A stretch of DNA of 64,000 nt. Source: Verrucomicrobiaceae bacterium. Lineage in GTDB: Bacteria > Verrucomicrobiota > Verrucomicrobiia > Verrucomicrobiales > Akkermansiaceae. The position numbers and the translations under genes were made by a program. How positions within the stretch are numbered: the stretch's first letter is position 1; each line of letters starts with the position of its first letter. Shown here piece by piece: positions 57,900-64,000 of the stretch. The notes below the pieces were generated by a model. The model worked only from the letters and a program-made list of their open reading frames with translations. It was not told where the DNA came from and searched no databases. Where the stretch lies: NCBI GenBank assembly GCA_051252135.1, contig JBPOGH010000019.1:1-64000 (forward strand), written 5' to 3'.

Positions 57900-58711
57900 C
57901 CCCTTTCAAACTCCTCCACTTCTCCGACCCCCACTTCGGAGCCTGCGATCCCGCCATCGCCCAGGCCGCCTCTCTGGCGGCTCACAAGATCGAACCCGAT
58001 CACCTCGTCGTTTCCGGAGACTTATCCATGCGCGGACGCCGCCGTGAGCTTCAGGCCGCTGCCGCCTGGCTTCAACATCTCCCCCAACCCCTCACCGTCT
58101 TTCCCGGAAATCACGACGTCCCCGGACTCAATCAACCCCTCGATCGCTTTTTCGCCCCCTTCCGGCGCTACCGGAAATATATCAATGCAGTCGAAGAACC
58201 CACCGCCCCTCTGGGAAAGATCGGAACCCTCGTCACCGCAAATTCCTCAACCCCCTTCGGCTGGCACCGCGATTGGTCCCGCGGCTTCCTCGGCCCCATC
58301 CAGGGAAACCGAATCCATCGGGAATTCTCCGGCACCTCGGGCCTCCGCATACTCGGAATCCACCACCCCCTCCTCGCATCGAAAACCAAAGCCCGCGCCC
58401 TCGTCTCCCCACTCCCGCTCGTCCGGAATCTCCTGCACGAAAGCAAAGTCGACCTCGTCCTCGCCGGCCATTTCCACCAATCAAAAGTCGGTCTTTTCCC
58501 AGGCGACGAGACAGCCGTCAGCAACACCATCGTCTCCCAAGCCCCCTCTGTCTGCACCACCCGCCTCAAAGGAGAACCAAACGGGTATCACCTCATTCAT
58601 CTCACCCCCGATTCGATCCTCATTCAGGTTTTCCGGTGGCGGGGCACCCGCTTTGAGAGATTCAGCGAAAATTCATTCTCCCGAAGTTCTCTCGGCTGGG
58701 TCGGCGATTGA
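57896..58711 (+). CDS. Metallophosphoesterase (calcineurin-like)
   Basis: LHFSDPHFG, VSGDL, PGNHD, HHP, LAGHFH; ATGA overlap with the upstream kinase gene. Confidence 0.92.
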   Translation: MTPFKLLHFSDPHFGACDPAIAQAASLAAHKIEPDHLVVSGDLSMRGRRRELQAAAAWLQHLPQPLTVFPGNHDVPGLNQPLDRFFAPFRRYRKYINAVEEPTAPLGKIGTLVTANSSTPFGWHRDWSRGFLGPIQGNRIHREFSGTSGLRILGIHHPLLASKTKARALVSPLPLVRNLLHESKVDLVLAGHFHQSKVGLFPGDETAVSNTIVSQAPSVCTTRLKGEPNGYHLIHLTPDSILIQVFRWRGTRFERFSENSFSRSSLGWVGD

Positions 58712-58712
58712 T

Positions 58713-59006
58713 TCACTCTTCGAGCGCCTCGTCCATGTCGTAGCCCTCCGCCGGCACCCGGGTGTGCGCCAACGCCCGTCCGGCACCCATGCGGGCAAGG
58801 CCGCCCACCGCACCGGCGATCACCGCCCAGAGCACCGCTTCCTTGAGCTCAACATCGGGATGGGCCGGATTCTTCGGCGGCGCCTCGTGAGTCACCGCAT
58901 GATAACCCGCCCCAGCCAAACTCCGGGCCGCACGGGCCGCCAGAATCGGGGCAATCAATCCGGCACCAATTAACAACAACGATTTCGAAGGAGTGGATTT
59001 CATCAT
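58713..59006 (-). CDS. Small membrane protein (DUF4235-like)
   Basis: Y..VT...PPKNP..P.V.L.EA.LWA...GA..GLAR pattern. Confidence 0.7.
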   Translation of the reverse strand: MMKSTPSKSLLLIGAGLIAPILAARAARSLAGAGYHAVTHEAPPKNPAHPDVELKEAVLWAVIAGAVGGLARMGAGRALAHTRVPAEGYDMDEALEE

Positions 59007-59213
59007 GGGAAAATCAGTCGCACTTCCAGTGCCATCCCCGGACCTCGCCCCCCTCAAGGAAGAACAGGCACCCCCAACCCCGCCCGTTGCATTTTGCTTC
59101 GAAAAAATCACCTCCAACACAACAAATTGCACGAGCCACCATCAGGCATCCTCCGACAAGCCACTGAATTGCGAGATTCCGGTCCCGGTACAACACCTGC
59201 AAAAAATAAAAGC

Positions 59214-59465
59214 ATGTCTACCGTCACTACCGAACGATTCAGCGTCCTCTCGATCATCGCCATTGTCTCCGCCGTCCTCACCTTTATGACCGGCCCAATC
59301 CTTGGCCTGATCTTTGCCGCCGTCGCCGTCCTCGCCGGACTGGGCGGCATCATCCTCGCCGCCTCCCCGCGCGTCCGCGGTGGCCTCACCAGCACTCTGG
59401 CGATCGTCGGAGGCTTCATCGGCGTCATTGCCGCCATCATTAAAGCCATCATGTGGTTGTTTTAA
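59214..59465 (+). CDS. Small integral membrane protein
   Basis: ATG at 59214; three hydrophobic helices around SPRVRGG. Confidence 0.7.
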   Translation: MSTVTTERFSVLSIIAIVSAVLTFMTGPILGLIFAAVAVLAGLGGIILAASPRVRGGLTSTLAIVGGFIGVIAAIIKAIMWLF

Positions 59466-59675
59466 TTGGAGTCTATCTCATCAACCCAGGATGGTCCTGC
59501 TCCAGTGATTTTTCTACTCTGACAAGGCTTCAACAATCGGAAAGGCCACAATTTTTCAGTGAAAAAGAGCAAACAGGGCCGCGCAGGGTTAATGGGATGG
59601 CCTCTGGCCACCACCATCACAGGATAGAACTTTCATCTATCTAATTCCTCTCTTCTGAGTTATGCAGGAAAGAGC

Positions 59676-62408
59676 ATGAGGTCAATTTTCATCATCTTCC
59701 TGTCAGCGCTGGCGATCCTTCCGGGACAGGAACTCACCGTTTCAAAATCCCCTTCTGGGATCCAATTTGAATGGGATCGCGTCTTCCCCCAATCTTCCGG
59801 CGTCTCTTCCCGCATCCACTCCCGCCTCCTCAGTTCGACCGACCTCCAACACTGGACGGAAGAAGAACTCCTCACCGTTGAAGAGTCCGCCGGAAACGGC
59901 ACCTCATCCCACTCCGCCCCCCTTCAGGGCCCCGCCCGCTACTTCCGCCTCGAGGAATCCGTCTCCTACTCCCACCGCGACGAACCCTCCGCTCCCCCCG
60001 CCCTCTACAACCAACAGTTCCTCAACGCCACCGCCTCTCCCCCCGTCCTCCCCCCCCTCGCAGACGATCAATCCCACGCCGATCCCAACTGCCTCGACCG
60101 CATCTCCTGGGATCCCACCACTGCCAGCTTCTTCGCCGAATACAACACTTCCCCCGAAGACCACAACGTCCCCCTCGAGCCCGACGACCCCGAACGCCGA
60201 CTCACCGACTTCCGCCTCAACGCCGCCGAGCTCGCCGCCTTCGAGAAAAACGGCTTCGTCGTCAGTCCCCGAATCGTCGGACCTGCCTACACCTCGGAAG
60301 GTGAACTGTTTCCCTCCTACGCTCCTGTCGATTTCTACTACTCCATCTGGAGCGACGACCTCCCCGTCTTCATCACCGCAGACTCCGTCCTCGATGCCTG
60401 GCACCAAACCTTCAACAGCATGCTTGAAGAGGTCGAGGAGCTCGTCCTCTACCCCTCGCTTCGATCCTTCCTCGACCAACGCCTCTCCCCCGAACTCCAG
60501 GAATGGAACACCGAATGGCAGGACAAGGAAACTCCCGGAGCCGATTCCATGAGACAGGCCCTCCGGGACCTCGACCTCTACCTCGGAACCGCCTTCCGCG
60601 TCGCCAGAGGAACCGACCCGGGCGCCCCGGACGAGGATCGTTCAAATCCCGCTCACTGGCAGCAGTCCATCATCGCCGCCAAAGACCCCTTAAAAAGAGG
60701 CCTCTATGGCGACAACTCCAGACTCGAGGACATGACCCTCTACACCCCCCGCGGTCACTACACCCGCTCTGAGGTCCTCAAGGGATACTTCCAAACCATC
60801 GTCTGGTTCAGCTCTTCCCAATTCCATCTCGCCGGTGAGGAACCTCTCCCCCAGTGGGATCGGGAACTCCGCGCCGCCATCGCCCTCTCCCTCATCGTTC
60901 GGGATTCCGGAGGCCTCCCCGAATGGCAAAATCTCGAAAACTTCCTTCAGGGCATCGCCGGCCAGTCCGATGCCATGACCGTCGTCGAAATGATCGCCCT
61001 CCTCGAGTCCGTCTCCCTGGATGACCCTTCGGCCATCACCTCCGACGAAAATCTCAACACCGTCCGCGAAGCCCTCCTCGCTTCCAGCTACGGCATTCAA
61101 GAAATCAACGGCGGCAAACACGAGGCCGACATCTCCGAAGGCTGTGACCACGCCACCGCCCCCCTCCCCCGCGCCCTCTCCCTCTTCGGCCAACGATGGA
61201 CTCCCGATGCCTGGACCTTCCAAAAAAACGTCTTCCCCGAAGTCAAGGTCGACGGCCAAACCGTCCCGCGCCGCATCCCCTCCGCAATCGATGTCGCCTA
61301 CTCCACCTTCGGAAATGACGCCGCCTACCCCATCCTACTCGACCGCATGTTGGACTCCGATGGTGTCCCCTTCCGCGATGGCTTCGACCACCGCCCCAAC
61401 CTCCGGGCCACCCGCACCACCCTCGATGGCCAGGACACCGCTTTCTGGACCGAGCACCTCTACGGCTCCTGGCTCCACAGCATCCGCGCCCTCTCCCCGC
61501 CCCTCCCCCCTTCCGCCCCGGACACCTTCCGCACCGAAGCCTGGAAGCACCGCATCCTCAACACCCAGCTCGCCTCCTGGACTCACCTCCGCCACGACAC
61601 CCTCCTCTACAGTAAGCAAAGCTTCACTCCTGCCATCCTCTGCGAATTCCCCGATGGCTACGTCGACCCCTACCCCGCCCTCTGGCAGCGACTCTCCGAC
61701 ATGGCCCTTAAATACAAAACCCTTCTCGCCGCCTATTCCCTGACCGGACCACACCGCGTCGAGAGCAGAGACACCGAGGATTGGGATGACCAAATTCGTT
61801 TATACAAATGGAACCAATCCGGATACTCACCCCTCCTCATCGACGAGGGACTCCTCCTCGTCGTCGACCGCGGTGAACGGCTGGCCGCCCTCACTGCCCA
61901 CCTCGATAACTTCTCCACCCAGTGCCTCAAACTGAAACAAATCTCGGAGCACCAGTTGGCCGGACAGATGCTCACCGATGACATGAAAACCTTCATCGGC
62001 AACACCGTCGAGGACTTCGACCTCGTCGGCTACGTCGGGGACCGCCTTTACAACGGCTGGTTCCCCAACCTCTACTTCCACAACGCCTTCATCAAATGGG
62101 ACGACCACCCCTCCTCCGAGTGGAACCCCAGCGTTGTCGATGTCCACACTGATTCGATCGATATCCTTTGCTATGGCGACCCCGGCGCCATCCTCCACCA
62201 GGGCGTCGGACGCGCGCACTTCATGCTCATCTCCGTCAAGCACCCCGACGGCTCCGCCTGCACCTACGGAGGCCCCGTCCTCAGCCATTACGAATTCCTC
62301 AAACCCTTCGGCGTCCGCATGTCCGATGAACAATGGCAAGTCGAACTCCAATCCAACGACGAACTCGCCCCCGCCGACTGGAAACGCTCCTTCCTCATCA
62401 CGGAATAA
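59676..62408 (+). CDS. DUF3160 family protein, secreted
   Basis: FEKNGFVV, DLPVFITADS.L, YTPRGHYT, FGQRWTPD, LASWT.LRHDT.LY.KQS, GYVDP, VVDVHT, GPV.S.YEF. Confidence 0.85.
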   Translation: MRSIFIIFLSALAILPGQELTVSKSPSGIQFEWDRVFPQSSGVSSRIHSRLLSSTDLQHWTEEELLTVEESAGNGTSSHSAPLQGPARYFRLEESVSYSHRDEPSAPPALYNQQFLNATASPPVLPPLADDQSHADPNCLDRISWDPTTASFFAEYNTSPEDHNVPLEPDDPERRLTDFRLNAAELAAFEKNGFVVSPRIVGPAYTSEGELFPSYAPVDFYYSIWSDDLPVFITADSVLDAWHQTFNSMLEEVEELVLYPSLRSFLDQRLSPELQEWNTEWQDKETPGADSMRQALRDLDLYLGTAFRVARGTDPGAPDEDRSNPAHWQQSIIAAKDPLKRGLYGDNSRLEDMTLYTPRGHYTRSEVLKGYFQTIVWFSSSQFHLAGEEPLPQWDRELRAAIALSLIVRDSGGLPEWQNLENFLQGIAGQSDAMTVVEMIALLESVSLDDPSAITSDENLNTVREALLASSYGIQEINGGKHEADISEGCDHATAPLPRALSLFGQRWTPDAWTFQKNVFPEVKVDGQTVPRRIPSAIDVAYSTFGNDAAYPILLDRMLDSDGVPFRDGFDHRPNLRATRTTLDGQDTAFWTEHLYGSWLHSIRALSPPLPPSAPDTFRTEAWKHRILNTQLASWTHLRHDTLLYSKQSFTPAILCEFPDGYVDPYPALWQRLSDMALKYKTLLAAYSLTGPHRVESRDTEDWDDQIRLYKWNQSGYSPLLIDEGLLLVVDRGERLAALTAHLDNFSTQCLKLKQISEHQLAGQMLTDDMKTFIGNTVEDFDLVGYVGDRLYNGWFPNLYFHNAFIKWDDHPSSEWNPSVVDVHTDSIDILCYGDPGAILHQGVGRAHFMLISVKHPDGSACTYGGPVLSHYEFLKPFGVRMSDEQWQVELQSNDELAPADWKRSFLITE

Positions 62409-62432
62409 CCACTTGTCTAAGAGGCTGTCTGG

Positions 62433-63605
62433 TCAAAATCGATCCGACTCCCAGTATCCCGCCCCCGCCCGAATCCCTTGCGGCGGAATCCGGTCAGCCG
62501 CCGCCGGTTCCCTCACCAATTGAAACACCTGCCCGAGCGGACTCCGCCCCGGCCGCGCACCCCGCGTATACCGGCTCTCCCCCCAATGATCACCCACCAC
62601 CAATAGATCAAACCCCTCAAACTCCCTACCCTCTCCAAAGGCAAGCCTCCCCGAAAAAACTCCCTCGTAACCCAACGAACGATCAGGAGAAGCCACCTCG
62701 AATCCCCCCTTCAGTTCGCCACCTTTCAACACCGTCACTTTGACCGACTTAACCTCATCCCGACTCCAGTTCCGGGGCTCACCACGCGTATTGTCCAGCA
62801 GATGAAAGCGCGCAATCCGCAGGGCCAGAGCCTCGGATAATTCTCCCCCCGTCTCCGCAAGACCACGCAACTCCCGCACCTCCCCCGCCCTCAGCCAGAG
62901 ATGATCCACCGCCGTTAAAAAAGTAGCGTCCGTCGCCTCGGCCGCCCGCAGCCTCTCCCCTTCCCGCTCCAGCGCCCGCGTCGACACCCTGATAATCGCC
63001 CCGCCCTCCGGTAACGCCGGAGCGTAACGCGCATCATCCTCACCCGCCTCCCCAATCGTCACCTTCTTCTCACCCTCCGCAAGCGACTCCCACTTTTCCA
63101 ACGCCTCCCGCATCATCGCCAACCGCTTCTCCGGCCCCCGGTTGTTATTGTATCCCAACAACTTCCCGCCCGCCGTCAGCACATAATGCCCCTGCCGCGT
63201 CCCGCCTGCTTCACGCCGCGGCCCCTGCGCAGCCACCCCGCGAAAAAACTCCCCCTCCGCATCCTGCCTCCGCCGCTGATACCAATCATCCGCCGCCACC
63301 GGGATAAATTTCTCCGCCAACAACGTCTGCACCTCCGCATCCGAAAACACCAACAACCTGTCGGTGACCCCGTTGTTTCAAACACACCCCAAAGGATGCC
63401 CGTCCATCTCCCACAAATAAATCGGCTTCCCCGCCTCATTCGCCTCCTTCCGCGCCTCCCACAAATCAGTCCGCCACGCAATCTGCGACCACTCCGCCTC
63501 CTCCACCGAAGGCAAAATCTCCTTCACCAGCCTCTCCTCATCCCCCGTCCACGCCCCGGCAGGGGATGCCAGAGCCAACACGGCAAAAATTGTAGCATAT
63601 CTCAT
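62433..63605 (-). CDS. Secreted thioredoxin-like protein; candidate selenoprotein (C-V-U, TGA at codon 76)
   Basis: ORFs 63378-63614 and 62433-63356 are in one frame, separated by a single TGA (63378-63380): ...IAWRTDLWEARKEA...GKPIYLWEMDGHPLGCV*NNGVTDRLLVFSDAEV..LL...FIPVA.D; signal peptide MRYATIFAVLALASPAGA. Confidence 0.85.
63348..63366 (-). promoter_or_regulatory. Putative SECIS element of the thioredoxin-like gene
   Basis: mRNA CACCGACA-GGU-UGUUGGUG, an 8-bp stem starting 11 nt after UGA. Confidence 0.8.
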
Positions 63606-63701
63606 ATCTGACACACTGGCTGGTTTCCAAATTGATGCAAGGAGCTTGGAGTTTCATTTTTACCTTTCGCCGACACATTTGAAATCTCTAGGATCAATCA
63701 G

Positions 63702-64000
63702 ATGCCCGAGTTTGCCCCGAACGATCTTCATCGAAACCCCGATGCCCTCCGCGGCACCCGCCTCAAGGTCGAACCCGCTCCCGATTGGGTCGTTAGACGA
63801 AAAGTCAAAAACATCGGGCGCATCGACGGATTCCCGGTCACCATGCTTCTCCTCGATCGCCAGATCAATCCCGACAGCCTCGTCCGCTACACCCGCTACG
63901 TCCGCCGACTCGAAACTCCTCAGGCTGTCCAGGATGCCGGTCGCATCGAAATGGACTTCGATCCCGCCACCCAAACCCTCCTCGTCCACGCCATCTCTAT
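63702..64000 (+). CDS. DUF3857-type protein, 5' part (runs off the window end)
   Basis: Open frame from ATG 63702: MPEF...VEPAPDWV...MLLLDRQIN...YVRRLETPQAVQDAGRIEMDFDPATQTLLVHAIS; absent from the ORF track because there is no stop in the window. Confidence 0.7.
   Translation, partial: MPEFAPNDLHRNPDALRGTRLKVEPAPDWVVRRKVKNIGRIDGFPVTMLLLDRQINPDSLVRYTRYVRRLETPQAVQDAGRIEMDFDPATQTLLVHAIS

Noticed and set aside
63660..63989. 109-aa minus-strand ORF
   Set aside because: It is the shadow of a + strand DUF3857-like gene starting at 63702 that has host codon bias.

Overview
A 64-kb chromosomal window from a high-GC bacterium, most likely Verrucomicrobiota (inferred from PEP-CTERM LamG proteins, giant CotH/lamin-tail proteins, DUF1552, DUF5069 and a Lys/Ala-rich N-terminal extension on RpoD). 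It holds housekeeping genes (gatC, gatA, fbaA, purL, purC, class I fumarase, dnaG, rpoD, miaB, an amidase, a SNF2 helicase), scattered carbohydrate-active enzymes (GH2, GH16, DUF5060, SGNH, Gfo/Idh/MocA, DUF1080) and large secreted proteins. The main finding is two genes that the ORF track truncates or splits at an in-frame TGA. Each TGA lies at a cysteine-type position and is followed by a SECIS-like hairpin with the same CA-GGU-UG apex. In miaB, the Fe-S ligand of the GCQMN motif is TGA (MPKVFIKTYG*QMN, 56871-56873). In a secreted thioredoxin-like protein the motif is C-V-* (63378-63380). Both are strong selenoprotein candidates, but no selA/B/C/D gene is in the window to confirm this. The window also has several REP-like and short-period repeat families, apparent in-frame repeat or hairpin insertions in purL, a shared SxDLxxW...R-F/Y-x-R domain in three secreted proteins, and a strong C-over-G bias on the + strand regardless of gene direction. 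All family assignments come from recognising motifs by eye; no database searches were run.
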